64,000 nt of DNA from Sulfuritalea sp. (GCA_034376265.1 JAXMJU010000179.1:4664-68663); one strand, 5' to 3'; shown: positions 16,248 to 26,633, counted from the stretch's first letter. Notes: generated from the sequence alone by a model not told the origin. Program-made: numbers and translations.

Positions 16248-17946
16248 GGCTTGGCGGCCTTCCCAGTAAATCTGGAACAAAGAAATACATTCCTGCGCGT
16301 CCACTGTTCTTGACCTTGTACATCGCTGCATCTGCGTGTTTCAGCAGCGTTTCTCCGTCCTTGGCATCGCGCGGAAACATACTGATGCCGATACTCGTGG
16401 TGATCGCAACTTCCTGCCCCCCGAGGACGATCGGCATCTGCATTGCATCCAGAATTTTTTGCGCAACCGCGCGCACATCGGCCTCCGCCGCTACTTTCGG
16501 CAGCAATAGTGTGAATTCGTCTCCACCCATGCGGGCAACTGTGTCGGAAGCACGCACGCATTGCCGCAACCGCCGGGCAACTTCCTTGAGGCAGGCATCA
16601 CCCGCTTCATGCCCCATGGTGTCGTTGATTTCCTTGAAGTGATCGAGATCGAGGAACATGACGGCGACTGTGCCGGATTTGGAACGTCTAGCCTGCGCCA
16701 GCACCTGATCGAGCCGGTCGAGAAATAGCATGCGATTCGGCAACCCGGTCAGGGAATCGTGAAAGGCCTGAAAACTGATCCGCTCCTCGCGCTTTTTGCG
16801 TTCCGTAACATCCGAAAAGATTGCCACGTAATGCTCGACCTCGCCCTGTCCATTCTTCACCGCACCGATGCTGAGTCTTTCAGCATATACGGAGCCATTC
16901 TTGCGTCGGTTCCATATTTCGCCGCGCCATTCACCCTTCTCGCGCAGAACGCGCCAGAACTCGCGATAGAAAGCGTCATCCTGCCGACCTGACTTGAGTA
17001 CAGCGGGAGTCAATCCGATCACTTCCTCCGCGCTGTAGCCGGTTGTCTCGACGAAAGCTGGATTGACCAGTTGAATCCGTGAGCCGGCATCCGTCACGAC
17101 GATGCCCTCGAGAGAATTTTCGAACACAATCCGCGACATGCGCTGCTCCGAGAGCAGTTCCTTGGCCTTGTCCATGACCTGGTTGAAGGCTTCGGTCGCC
17201 TGGCCAATCTCATCATTGCCGCTACTGTGCAAATGTGCCGTGGCTTCCAGGTCGCCCTGGGAAATAAGCGTCAGACCTCGTGTCATTCGCCGCAGGGGTT
17301 GGGTCACCCAATGCGAGATGAAGTACCAGATGAATAGAGCCAACGGGATGCAAAGCAATGCCGCTACGCCAGAAGCACTGAAGGCAAACAAACGTGCGGT
17401 TTGATTGGCCCGGGCCAGGGATATCTCCATGCTGACTGCACCGAGCACGGTTCCCGCCTCCACTTTGTGGCAGTCCATGCAGTTCTTGCCCAGATAGTTT
17501 CTCAGGGCAACCGCAGGCAGAATGACCCGCAGTTTCTCACTTCCGTCAGCGCCGACAAATATCTCGTGATAAGCCTTCCCGGTATCCAGCACAGAGCGCT
17601 CCGCGGCGCTGTTGGGCAATTCGCCGGCATGCCCTTCCCCGAACTGAAGCACGACAGGGCGGCCGCGAAACACCTGTAGCGACTCAATATGGTTGCTGTC
17701 CCTGATCTGGTCGAGAAAAATGTTCCGCTGGGCGACCTGGCCGGTGATCATCATGCCGGTAAGTCCGGCCATGGTCATTTGATAAACGCTTTCGGCAAAA
17801 TCCTGCGCCTGATCGACGGCAATCTTCTTTTGCTGCAAAGTACCCCAATAAATCAGCCCGACACCGGAGCAGATCGTTCCGGCAAGAATGACTGCTACCA
17901 GGCGAACCCATATCTTGAGGTTGTTTGACCAGCCGAACCAGCTCAT
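16186..17946 (-). CDS. Membrane diguanylate cyclase: TM - periplasmic heme-c sensor - TM - HAMP - PAS - GGDEF
   Basis: Two TM segments flanking a domain with CMDCH; DEIGQ..AFNQ HAMP; PAS (W.GEIWNRRKNG); RASD I-site and intact GGDEF. Confidence 0.9.
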   Translation of the reverse strand: MSWFGWSNNLKIWVRLVAVILAGTICSGVGLIYWGTLQQKKIAVDQAQDFAESVYQMTMAGLTGMMITGQVAQRNIFLDQIRDSNHIESLQVFRGRPVVLQFGEGHAGELPNSAAERSVLDTGKAYHEIFVGADGSEKLRVILPAVALRNYLGKNCMDCHKVEAGTVLGAVSMEISLARANQTARLFAFSASGVAALLCIPLALFIWYFISHWVTQPLRRMTRGLTLISQGDLEATAHLHSSGNDEIGQATEAFNQVMDKAKELLSEQRMSRIVFENSLEGIVVTDAGSRIQLVNPAFVETTGYSAEEVIGLTPAVLKSGRQDDAFYREFWRVLREKGEWRGEIWNRRKNGSVYAERLSIGAVKNGQGEVEHYVAIFSDVTERKKREERISFQAFHDSLTGLPNRMLFLDRLDQVLAQARRSKSGTVAVMFLDLDHFKEINDTMGHEAGDACLKEVARRLRQCVRASDTVARMGGDEFTLLLPKVAAEADVRAVAQKILDAMQMPIVLGGQEVAITTSIGISMFPRDAKDGETLLKHADAAMYKVKNSGRAGMYFFVPDLLGRPPSPNGQHSADLPGRSAGDEKRD

Positions 17947-18062
17947 GTCTTTGTTATGCTCAGCATGCGGATCTCCCAAGCCGGATCCCGACTCCAGTTT
18001 ATTAAGTGTGCAATAAATGTTCCAGATATCAAAACTGTGCCAATCCAAGTGGAATCCTGGTG

Positions 18063-18872
18063 ATGATTAGCTTGGGTCTTTCGACATGGGCTGCCGCAGG
18101 GGCAAGCTCGCTATGCATTCTTCTATCGGGTTGTGCAGCATCCGGCCCCCCATGGGGACAGGACAACTCCCGCCACCATGGCGGCGCCCCGACTCCACCT
18201 CGCGCCGAAATTACCGTATGGCGTTTGGACGACTTGGTGCGGCTTGATCAACCCATGGTCTTGTTGCGCGACTCGCAGGGGATCCAAGGGGCTATTGAAG
18301 GCGGACTCGTGAAGCGCGTTCATGCAACCAGTGAAAAGATGCTTCAAGCAGCCGGCGAGGGCCCCAAACCCGAATTTGTCTTGCTTGCTTCCGGATCGGT
18401 CAACGCATTCGCATTCTTCAATGGAAATCAACCAACGATCGCGTTCACCCTGGGCATGGTCCGCCTGCTCGCTGAGGACGATGATGCCTGGGCCGCCCTG
18501 CTGGGGCACGAACTGGCCCATCTTCGGCTCGATCATCATCGGAACATGAGCGCTCGGCGCGAGAAGACAGAAACGGCCAGCTCCTTCGCCGGATTGGTGC
18601 TGGCAACAATTGGCCTGCCGTTCGCCAGCCTGGCAGCCGATGCGACAGCGACATTGGCCGACCGCGCCTTCAGCCGCGACGATGAACGCCAGGCAGATAG
18701 CACCGGCGTGGGCTACATGCGCCGCGCCGGGTATGCGGCAAATGGCGCAGTCCGCCTGCAACAACTTTTGCTGACGACGCCCAGCCGGAACGCAATCCCA
18801 TTTCTGAGCACCCATCCGGGCGGCGAGGAAAGAATAGCGAATCTTCGGGAATTTATAAAAGGCGAGAACTGA
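18063..18872 (+). CDS. M48 family metalloprotease lipoprotein (BepA/LoiP-like)
   Basis: Lipobox LSGC; VNAFA, GHELAH, FSRDDERQAD, FLSTHPGGEERI. Confidence 0.88.
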   Translation: MISLGLSTWAAAGASSLCILLSGCAASGPPWGQDNSRHHGGAPTPPRAEITVWRLDDLVRLDQPMVLLRDSQGIQGAIEGGLVKRVHATSEKMLQAAGEGPKPEFVLLASGSVNAFAFFNGNQPTIAFTLGMVRLLAEDDDAWAALLGHELAHLRLDHHRNMSARREKTETASSFAGLVLATIGLPFASLAADATATLADRAFSRDDERQADSTGVGYMRRAGYAANGAVRLQQLLLTTPSRNAIPFLSTHPGGEERIANLREFIKGEN

Positions 18873-18935
18873 GACGCTGGAACTGGGAATGATTCTGATC
18901 CAGAATGGCATTTGAATTGGGAGAAGGAACAAGGA

Positions 18936-19547
18936 ATGGGACTGGGGTTTGGACGGAAGCTGGCGATACTGATCCTCGCGACCGTGTGCGGCGTCGCCGG
19001 TGCAGCGACGACTAACGCCAAACGCATCCTTGACATCGCCGTTGAGCGTTGCAGCACCTGCCACGGTCCGACCGGACAAAGTTCGAATTCCCTATTCCCC
19101 AAACTGAGCGGGCAGAACGCTGCCTACCTCGTTCAGCAAATGTTCAATTTCAAGAGTAGGGGTCGCCGGAGCACGGTAATGGAGCCGCAACTGGCTGATC
19201 TGTCCGGCGACGATATCATGCAACTGGCGAGCCATTTCAGCGGCGAGAGACTGAATCCCAGGCCGGTGCCCGACAGGGCGCTTGCCGAAGCAGGACGCAA
19301 AGTGTATTTGCTGGGCAACCCCAAAAGCGGCGTTCCCGCATGCGCGGTCTGTCACGGCCCTACCGCAAGAGGAGGGCAAATGCTGCCGCGGCTTGCCGGA
19401 CAACACGCCGAATACCTGGAATTGCAGTTGCGCCGCTTTATCGAGCGCTCACGAACCACGGACCAGACTCTGATGCATTCGGTAGCATCGAAATTAGCCG
19501 AGGACGAGATCCGCTCGGTAAGCTATTTTCTGTCCGGCCTGGATTAG
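18936..19547 (+). CDS. Diheme cytochrome c4
   Basis: CSTCHG..PKLSGQNAAYL; CAVCHG..PRLAGQHAEYL..M. Confidence 0.9.
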   Translation: MGLGFGRKLAILILATVCGVAGAATTNAKRILDIAVERCSTCHGPTGQSSNSLFPKLSGQNAAYLVQQMFNFKSRGRRSTVMEPQLADLSGDDIMQLASHFSGERLNPRPVPDRALAEAGRKVYLLGNPKSGVPACAVCHGPTARGGQMLPRLAGQHAEYLELQLRRFIERSRTTDQTLMHSVASKLAEDEIRSVSYFLSGLD

Positions 19548-19583
19548 GCCGTACGCGCCGCGATTCTGTTCTCCCGCAACTGA

Positions 19584-20075
19584 ATGAAAACCTTGCTCGT
19601 CGTATACCACTCGATGACGGGCGGCACCGAACAGATGGCGCGTGCGCTGGCGGCCGGCGCCGCAACCGAAGACGACGTAAGGACACGCCTGCTGCATGCG
19701 TCGGAGGCTCAAGCGGCGGACATCCTCGATGCCGATGGCTATGTTTTCGCCACGCCGGAAAATCTTGCTGCGATCTCCGGACTGATGAAGGATTTCTTCG
19801 ATCGCTGCTACTACCCGGCATTCGACCGGATCAATGGCCGCCCCTACGCCGCGCTGATTTGTGCCGGCAGCGATGGGCAAAATGCGGCACGGCAGATTGA
19901 TCGCATCGCCACCGGATGGCGCCTGCGGAGGGTCGCAGACAGCCTGATCGTCTGCACCCATGCACAGACGCCCGAGGAAATACTTTCCCCGAAGACGATC
20001 AGCGGGGTGGACCTGGAGCGCTGCAAGGAACTGGGCGCCGCGCTTGCGGCCGGCCTGGTCCTGGGCGTGTTCTGA
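19584..20075 (+). CDS. Flavodoxin / WrbA-like NAD(P)H-dependent FMN protein
   Basis: VVYHSMTGGTEQMA; FATPENLAAISGLMKDFFDR. Confidence 0.85.
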   Translation: MKTLLVVYHSMTGGTEQMARALAAGAATEDDVRTRLLHASEAQAADILDADGYVFATPENLAAISGLMKDFFDRCYYPAFDRINGRPYAALICAGSDGQNAARQIDRIATGWRLRRVADSLIVCTHAQTPEEILSPKTISGVDLERCKELGAALAAGLVLGVF

Positions 20076-20122
20076 CGAGGCATATCGACCCGAGGCGCGC
20101 CGCAAATTGCCGGGAACACAAA

Positions 20123-20155
20123 GACAAAACCCCGGCTCAAGGCCGGGGTTTTGTC
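20123..20155. terminator. Bidirectional intrinsic terminator between convergent genes
   Basis: GACAAAACCCCGGC-TCAAG-GCCGGGGTTTTGTC perfect inverted repeat. Confidence 0.85.
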
Positions 20156-20187
20156 CGAGCGGGCGCGAAGCGCCCTGCGGGCCGGCG

Positions 20188-21426
20188 TCAGGCCGGTTGG
20201 TCCAGTTCGAATGCCTTGTGCAGCACACGCACGGCCAGTTCGAGATACTTTTCATCGACCACCACCGAAATCTTGATCTCGGACGTCGATATCATTTGAA
20301 TGTTGATCCCCTCTTCGGCCAGGATGCGGAACATCTTGCTGGCCACGCCGGGATGCGAGCGCATGCCGACGCCGACGGCGGATACCTTGCAGATCTTGTT
20401 GTCGCCCTCGACCGCACGCGCGCCGACATGCGGCTTGATCTGGTCTTCCAGCATCTTCTTGGCGCGGGCAAACTCACTGCGATTGACCGTGAAGGAAAAA
20501 TCCGTCGTGCCGTCATGCCCTACGTTCTGGATGATCATGTCGACATCGATATTCGCGTCGGCAACCGGGCCAAGGATCTGGTAGGCGATGCCGGGACGGT
20601 CAGGCACACCGAGCACGGTGAGCTTGGCTTCGTCGCGGTTGAACGCTATGCCGGCGATGATCGGTTGTTCCATGGTGGTATCTTCCTCTAGAGTGATGAG
20701 CGTGCCGCTGGTCTCCTGGCCTTCTTCCTCGAAACTGGAAAGCACGCGCAGCTTGACTTTGTACTTGCCGGCGAACTCGACCGAGCGGATCTGCAGCACC
20801 TTGGAGCCGAGGCTGGCCATCTCCAGCATTTCCTCGAAAGTGATGCGATCCAGCTTGCGCGCCTCGGGCACGATGCGCGGATCGGTGGTGTAGACGCCGT
20901 CGACGTCGGTGTATATCTGGCATTCATCCGCCGTCAACGCGGCTGCCAGCGCCACCGCGGAGGTATCCGAACCGCCACGCCCCAGCGTCGTGATGTTGCC
21001 GTCGGCGTCAATTCCCTGGAATCCGGCAACGACGATCACTGCATCGTCGTCGAGATCGCGCCGGATGTTTGCGTCGTCGATCTCCAGAATTCGCGCCTTG
21101 GTGAAAGTGTTGTCGGTCAGCACCTTGACCTGGCCGCCGGTGTAACTCTTGGCCTTGAGGCCGAGATCCCGGATCGCCATTGCCAGCAGCGCGATCGTGA
21201 CCTGCTCGCCGGTGGAAATCATCACGTCGAGTTCGCGTGCATCGGGCTGCGGGGAGACATCCTTGGCCAAGGCGATCAGGCGGTTGGTCTCGCCGCTCAT
21301 GGCGGAAACCACTACCACCAGCTGATGCCCCTGCGCTTTCCAGCGTGCGACGCGCTTGGCGACATTGCGAATGCGGTCGGGCGAACCCATTGATGTACCG
21401 CCGTATTTCTGAACGATCAAAGCCAT
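20188..21426 (-). CDS. lysC: Aspartate kinase
   Basis: MALIVQKYGGTS; TTLGRGGSDTSAV; two ACT domains. Confidence 0.97.
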   Translation of the reverse strand: MALIVQKYGGTSMGSPDRIRNVAKRVARWKAQGHQLVVVVSAMSGETNRLIALAKDVSPQPDARELDVMISTGEQVTIALLAMAIRDLGLKAKSYTGGQVKVLTDNTFTKARILEIDDANIRRDLDDDAVIVVAGFQGIDADGNITTLGRGGSDTSAVALAAALTADECQIYTDVDGVYTTDPRIVPEARKLDRITFEEMLEMASLGSKVLQIRSVEFAGKYKVKLRVLSSFEEEGQETSGTLITLEEDTTMEQPIIAGIAFNRDEAKLTVLGVPDRPGIAYQILGPVADANIDVDMIIQNVGHDGTTDFSFTVNRSEFARAKKMLEDQIKPHVGARAVEGDNKICKVSAVGVGMRSHPGVASKMFRILAEEGINIQMISTSEIKISVVVDEKYLELAVRVLHKAFELDQPA

Positions 21427-21666
21427 TGCCGTGGTTGGTCCGTTGGGAAGACGCGGATTTTACCCGATAGTTCGGTTGCCCAAGCGAGCCGGCGGGCAAT
21501 AACCATTCCCTGCCTATATATACCTTCGTACTAATGCCGCTACGATTTTCTTGTATGGCGGACGAATTTATCATATAGTTCAATTTCTATTACTTCGGTA
21601 ATAGCGCTTGGGATATCCAAATCCCAACGTATTTGCCTGATTACAATAAGTTCAAGGAGTAATTCA

Positions 21667-21969
21667 ATGAAAGCCAATGACAAGGTTGATGCCCGCGAAA
21701 TCCGCCGCAAGCTGGGAATGAACCAGCAGCAGTTCTGGTCCAAATTGGGCGTGACCCAGAGCGGCGGCTCACGCTACGAGAGTGGACGCAACATGCCGCG
21801 TCCGGTTCAGCAACTGCTGCGACTGGTTCACGTCGAGCAGATCGACATCCAGAAGATCCGGCGTGATGACTATGAAGTCGTCGAGTATCTGCGTTCGTCA
21901 AAGTCGGATCTGTTCAAGGAACTGAAAAAGGAAGCCAAGGCCGCAAGCAAGAGCAGAAAGAGCAATTGA
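21667..21969 (+). CDS. XRE-family helix-turn-helix regulator
   Basis: IRRKLGMNQQQFWSKLGVTQSGGSRYESGR; AAGGAG RBS. Confidence 0.85.
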   Translation: MKANDKVDAREIRRKLGMNQQQFWSKLGVTQSGGSRYESGRNMPRPVQQLLRLVHVEQIDIQKIRRDDYEVVEYLRSSKSDLFKELKKEAKAASKSRKSN

Positions 21970-21981
21970 GCGTTCTTTGCA

Positions 21982-22827
21982 TCAGGGGCTGACGCGCACC
22001 GTCAGTCCGGTTTGGCGGACGCGTTGCGCCAGTTCCTCCAGCCATTCCGCTTCGATGCGCGCCAGCCGGGGTGCTTCTTTCTGCTGCGAGGCGCGCGCCA
22101 GGCTATAGAGATGCACACCGGCCAGTAGCGGTGCCAATGGCACCAGCAGCGCCAGCCAGGCATCCACCTCGTACGCGGCAGGTAATTCGTTGTCGAGGCG
22201 AAACAAGCAAGTCTGGACCCAGGTCGGAGCCAATCCGGCACAGCATGCCAGCCGTCGCGCCACAAGTTCAGGCCGGACGCGTGTGCCATTGATGCGGGTG
22301 AACCCGGCAGGGGTTCCCGCGTCGAGCTTGAACCAGACTTCACCTCCGGCTTTGCCAATGCGCGCAATGCCGGTTTGCACGGCTTTGCGATCGAGCAAGC
22401 TGCCATTGGTGATCAGGCGCACGAGAACTTGGTCTGTCAGGCCATGGATGGTCAGCACGCGCTGGACGACTGCGACCGCCTCGGCGAACTCGATGGCGCT
22501 GGTCGGTTCGCCATTCCCCGAAAATGCCACATCGACCAGCCGTCGCGCGCCGACCGGAACGCGCGTGACCATGAAATCACCGGCGCCGGCCCAGGCCAGG
22601 AAATCGTGCAATTCCCGCTCAAGCAGCGCCAGATCGATCGGCGGCGGTCCGCCGCGCTGCAAATCAGGAACCTGGCAGTAAATGCAACGCCAGTTGCAGG
22701 CATTGTTCGGATTCAGGTTGATACCGACCGAAACGCCGCCGGCGCGCCGTGAAATCACCGGATAGACATAGCGCATGCCGACACTGTCGCGGGAATGATC
22801 TTCGGTCTTGAGCAGGATGCGGGACAT
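21982..22827 (-). CDS. Radical SAM protein of unknown function
   Basis: CNWRCIYC motif; FSGNGEPT; LITNGS. Confidence 0.88.
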   Translation of the reverse strand: MSRILLKTEDHSRDSVGMRYVYPVISRRAGGVSVGINLNPNNACNWRCIYCQVPDLQRGGPPPIDLALLERELHDFLAWAGAGDFMVTRVPVGARRLVDVAFSGNGEPTSAIEFAEAVAVVQRVLTIHGLTDQVLVRLITNGSLLDRKAVQTGIARIGKAGGEVWFKLDAGTPAGFTRINGTRVRPELVARRLACCAGLAPTWVQTCLFRLDNELPAAYEVDAWLALLVPLAPLLAGVHLYSLARASQQKEAPRLARIEAEWLEELAQRVRQTGLTVRVSP

Positions 22828-22968
22828 GGCAGGACGAGGGAATGAAAAGCTGCGGGGACTTCCAAGAGTTGGCGCTGGCGGGACGGCGCTGGCGCACGGC
22901 TATAATGCGCGCCTGCCCACCGGCAGCGCAGCTGCGAACACTTTGCCACAAACACGGCCACTCCGATC

Positions 22969-23421
22969 ATGCGTATAACCCGCCGCCTCGAATTCGATGC
23001 GGGCCACCGTATCCCGAATCATCAAAGTCAGTGTCGCCACCTGCACGGCCATCGCTACGCCCTGGAGATCACGCTCGCCGGCGGCGTCATCGATGCAGCA
23101 GGACGTCCGGACGATGGCATGGTGATGGACTTTTCCGAGGTCAAGGCGATTGCCAAGCAGCATGTGGTCGATCGCTGGGACCATGCCTTTCTGGTCTGGC
23201 GCGGTGACACGGTCGTGGCGACCTTTCTGGCCAGCATGCCGGAGCACAAGACGGTCGTGCTCGACGCCGTCCCGACCGCGGAAAATCTCGCCCGCATCGC
23301 CTTCTCGATTCTCGATCCGCTCTATCGCGACAGTTACGGCAATCATCTGCACCTGGAGCGCATCCGGCTCTACGAGACCCCAAATTGCTGGGCCGACGCC
23401 AACCGCGACGACCTCACCTGA
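22969..23421 (+). CDS. queD: 6-carboxy-5,6,7,8-tetrahydropterin synthase
   Basis: FDAGHRI..CRHLHGHRY..MDF..DH..PTAENLA..ETP. Confidence 0.9.
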   Translation: MRITRRLEFDAGHRIPNHQSQCRHLHGHRYALEITLAGGVIDAAGRPDDGMVMDFSEVKAIAKQHVVDRWDHAFLVWRGDTVVATFLASMPEHKTVVLDAVPTAENLARIAFSILDPLYRDSYGNHLHLERIRLYETPNCWADANRDDLT

Positions 23422-23573
23422 TCCATCCTGAGGTTTGCGGCATTCAGTCGTCGTTCCGCTAGGCGGAATCTATTTCCGCTTGGTTCAATTCCCGATTGTC
23501 TCCCGCGTATTCCAATGCTATGGTTGCCGTCGAATTTGGCGCATGACCAGATCAACAGAGAGGAGTACAGCCC

Positions 23574-25199
23574 ATGCTTGGCTTGATGATGAACCGTCCG
23601 CTGATGATTTCAGGGCTCCTGCAACACGCCGCCCAGAACCACAGCGATACTGAAATCGTATCCCGCCTGCCGGTTGGCGGAACGCATCGTTACACTTACA
23701 GCGATGCCCATCGCCGCTCGCGTCAACTGGCTCGCGTACTGCTGTCGCTCGGCGTAAAGGCCGAGGACCGCATCGGCACCCTGGCGTGGAACACGCACCG
23801 GCATTTCGAGATCTACTATGCGGTTTCCGGCATGGCCGCGATCTGCCACACCATCAACCCGCGCCTGTTCCCCGAACAGGTCGCCTATATCGTCAACCAT
23901 GCCGACGACCGCTTCATTTTCTTCGATGTCAACTTCGCCGGCCTGATCGAGGCGCTGGTGCCGCATTGCCCCGGCGTCAAGGGCTGGATCGCCCTGTGCA
24001 GCCGGGATGAAATGCCGGGCAATGCGATTCCCCATCTGCTGTGCTACGAAGAACTGCTGGCGGCACAAAGCGACGATTACGAATGGCCGGAGTTCGACGA
24101 GAACACGGCGTCCTCGCTGTGCTACACCTCGGGCACCACGGGCAACCCCAAGGGCGTGCTCTATTCACACCGCTCCACGGTGCTGCACGCCTATGGAGCC
24201 AGCCAGCCAGATGCACTGGGCGCTTCGGCGCGCGACTGCATCCTGCCGGTGGTGCCGATGTTCCACGTCAATGCCTGGGGCCTGCCCTATGCCTGCGCGC
24301 TGAGCGGAGCCAAGCTGGTGATGCCGGGTCCGCATCTGGACGGCGCCAGCCTCTATTCGATGTTCGAGGAAGAAGACGTCACCATGTCGGCCGGCGTGCC
24401 GACGATCTGGCTCGGACTGCTGCATTACCTGCAAGCCAACAAACTCAAGCTGTCGACGGTCAAACGACTGGTGATCGGCGGCTCGGCGGCGCCGCCGGCC
24501 ATGATCCGGACCTTCGACGAACAGTTCGACATCACCGTGCTGCATGCCTGGGGCATGACCGAAATGAGTCCGCTGGGTACGGTCAATACCTACAAGCACA
24601 AACACCTCGCGCTTTCGGCAGAGGAAAGAGACCGCATCCGGCTCAAGCAGGGGCGCAGCATATTCGGCGTCGAGTTGAAGATTGTCGATGGCAATGGCAC
24701 CGCCCTCCCGCACGATGGCAAGGCCTTCGGCGACTTGCTGGTGCGCGGGCCCTGGATCACCAGCGGCTATTTCAAGGGCGAAGGCGGTGACGCATTGCGC
24801 GACGGCTGGTTTCCCACTGGCGATGTGGCGACCATCGACCCCGATGGCTACATGCAGATCACCGATCGTTCGAAGGATGTCATCAAATCGGGCGGGGAAT
24901 GGATTTCCTCGATCGACCTTGAAAACATTGCCGTCGCCCATCCGGCGGTCACTGAGGCGGCGGTCATCGGCGCCGCCCATCCGAAGTGGGACGAGCGCCC
25001 GCTGCTGGTGGTCGTCAAGAAAGCCGGACAGGAAGTCAGTCGCGACGAACTGATCGCCTTCTACGAAGGCAAGGTGGCGAAATGGTGGATACCGGACGAT
25101 GTGATATTCGTCGACGACCTGCCGCACACGGCCACCGGCAAGCTTTCCAAACTGCAGCTGCGCGAGCGCCTGAGCGATTATCGTTTTCCTGGAGCATGA
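23574..25199 (+). CDS. Acyl-CoA ligase (long-chain fatty acid / 3-methylthiopropionyl-CoA ligase-like)
   Basis: [34 protein letters not shown]. Confidence 0.93.
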   Translation: MLGLMMNRPLMISGLLQHAAQNHSDTEIVSRLPVGGTHRYTYSDAHRRSRQLARVLLSLGVKAEDRIGTLAWNTHRHFEIYYAVSGMAAICHTINPRLFPEQVAYIVNHADDRFIFFDVNFAGLIEALVPHCPGVKGWIALCSRDEMPGNAIPHLLCYEELLAAQSDDYEWPEFDENTASSLCYTSGTTGNPKGVLYSHRSTVLHAYGASQPDALGASARDCILPVVPMFHVNAWGLPYACALSGAKLVMPGPHLDGASLYSMFEEEDVTMSAGVPTIWLGLLHYLQANKLKLSTVKRLVIGGSAAPPAMIRTFDEQFDITVLHAWGMTEMSPLGTVNTYKHKHLALSAEERDRIRLKQGRSIFGVELKIVDGNGTALPHDGKAFGDLLVRGPWITSGYFKGEGGDALRDGWFPTGDVATIDPDGYMQITDRSKDVIKSGGEWISSIDLENIAVAHPAVTEAAVIGAAHPKWDERPLLVVVKKAGQEVSRDELIAFYEGKVAKWWIPDDVIFVDDLPHTATGKLSKLQLRERLSDYRFPGA

Positions 25200-25200
25200 A

Positions 25201-25866
25201 TTGACTACACCGATCACCCTCTGCGGCTTCGCCGTCAGCAACTACTACAACAAGGTCAAACTCTCCCTGCTGGAGAAAGGCGTTCCTTTCACCGAAGCGG
25301 TGGTTTTCCCATCGCAGGCAGATGAGATGCTGGCGGAGTCACCAATGGGCAAAGTGCCATTTATGCGCACGCCCAAGGGAGTGCTCAGCGAATCGCAGGT
25401 GCTCACCGAGTTCATCGAGGACAGCTGGCCCGAGCCCTCGCTCTATCCGCACGACATTTACGCGCGCGCGCGCTGCCGCGAACTGATCGAACACATCGAG
25501 CTGCATCTTGAGTTGCCGGCACGCCGGCTTTACCTTGAAGCCTTTTTCGGCGGCACGGTATCCGAGGAAACCAAGAAGGAAGTCGCGCCCCTGCTCGAAA
25601 AAGGTCTCAGGAGCCTGACGCGGCTGGCCCGTTTCGCGCCCTTCATCGCGGGGGACAGCTTCACCCATGCCGATTGCGCGGCGTGGGTACATCTGCCGCT
25701 GATCAGCCAGTCCACGCGCAAGATCTACGGGCGTGATTTCATCGATGAGTTCCTGCCGCAAGCCAAGGCCTACCTAAAACTGATCGGCGAACGGCCTCAT
25801 GCGCAGAAGGTGAATGACGATCGCAAGGCGGCCATGGAAGCCTACATGTCGCGTCCGAAGAAATGA
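25201..25866 (+). CDS. Glutathione S-transferase family protein
   Basis: SNYYNKV; SPMGKVP; LSESQV; FTHADC. Confidence 0.9.
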   Translation: MTTPITLCGFAVSNYYNKVKLSLLEKGVPFTEAVVFPSQADEMLAESPMGKVPFMRTPKGVLSESQVLTEFIEDSWPEPSLYPHDIYARARCRELIEHIELHLELPARRLYLEAFFGGTVSEETKKEVAPLLEKGLRSLTRLARFAPFIAGDSFTHADCAAWVHLPLISQSTRKIYGRDFIDEFLPQAKAYLKLIGERPHAQKVNDDRKAAMEAYMSRPKK

Positions 25867-26633
25867 GCGCCGCAGTCCGTCTGGGCCTTGCCGATGGCGT
25901 GTTCCACATTCAAATGGCGCGCCCGGAAAAGAAGAATGCGCTCACCGCCGAGATGTACCAGACCATGGCTGACGCCCTGGCTAGCGCCGACAGCGATCCT
26001 GCGGTACGCGTCATCCTGATTTCCGGTGCCGGCGGCAATTTCACCGCCGGCAACGACCTGGCCGATTTCCTGGCAACGCCGCCGATGGATGAGAGCGCTC
26101 CGGTATATCGCTTCATCGAGGGCTTTTCCAAACTGGAGAAGCCCTTTGTCGCCGCCGTCGAAGGCGTCGCAATAGGCGTCGGCACCACCATGCTGCTGCA
26201 CTGCGACCTGGTCTATGCGGGCAGTAGCGCGCGCTTCGCCCTGCCTTTCGCCAATCTCGGCCTGACTCCAGAAGCCGCATCGAGCCTACTGTTGCCGTTG
26301 CGTACGGGGCACGCACGCGCCGCCGAAATGCTGATGCTGGGAGAAGTCTTCTCCGCGCAGACGGCATTCGAGGTCGGCATCGCCAACGCGGTACTGCCCG
26401 ATGCACAGGTGCTCGATCATGCCATTGAGCGCTGCCGCAAACTGACCACCCAGCCCGCTGCGTCGTTGCGCCTGACCAAACAATTGATGAAGCGCGCGCA
26501 AAGCGCCCTGATCCAAGAAACCATGAACGCCGAGGCCGGGGTATTCAGGGAGCGCCTGGTGTCCTCCGAAGCCAAGGAGGCTTTCGCCGCCTTCTTCGAA
26601 AAGCGCAAGCCGGATTTCTCAAGTTTCAACTGA
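25863..26633 (+). CDS. Enoyl-CoA hydratase/isomerase
   Basis: RPEKKNAL; FTAGNDL; AIGVG; PFANLGLTPE. Confidence 0.92.
   Translation: MSAAVRLGLADGVFHIQMARPEKKNALTAEMYQTMADALASADSDPAVRVILISGAGGNFTAGNDLADFLATPPMDESAPVYRFIEGFSKLEKPFVAAVEGVAIGVGTTMLLHCDLVYAGSSARFALPFANLGLTPEAASSLLLPLRTGHARAAEMLMLGEVFSAQTAFEVGIANAVLPDAQVLDHAIERCRKLTTQPAASLRLTKQLMKRAQSALIQETMNAEAGVFRERLVSSEAKEAFAAFFEKRKPDFSSFN

Noticed and set aside
18026..18043. Possible sigma54 site TTGGCACAGTTTTGAT upstream of the diguanylate cyclase
   Set aside because: Good -24 element but no GC at the -12 position
1..19547. Calling the locus MtrAB/MtoAB or Cyc2
   Set aside because: No decaheme MtrA-type protein and no cytochrome-porin fusion; the barrel has no CxxCH
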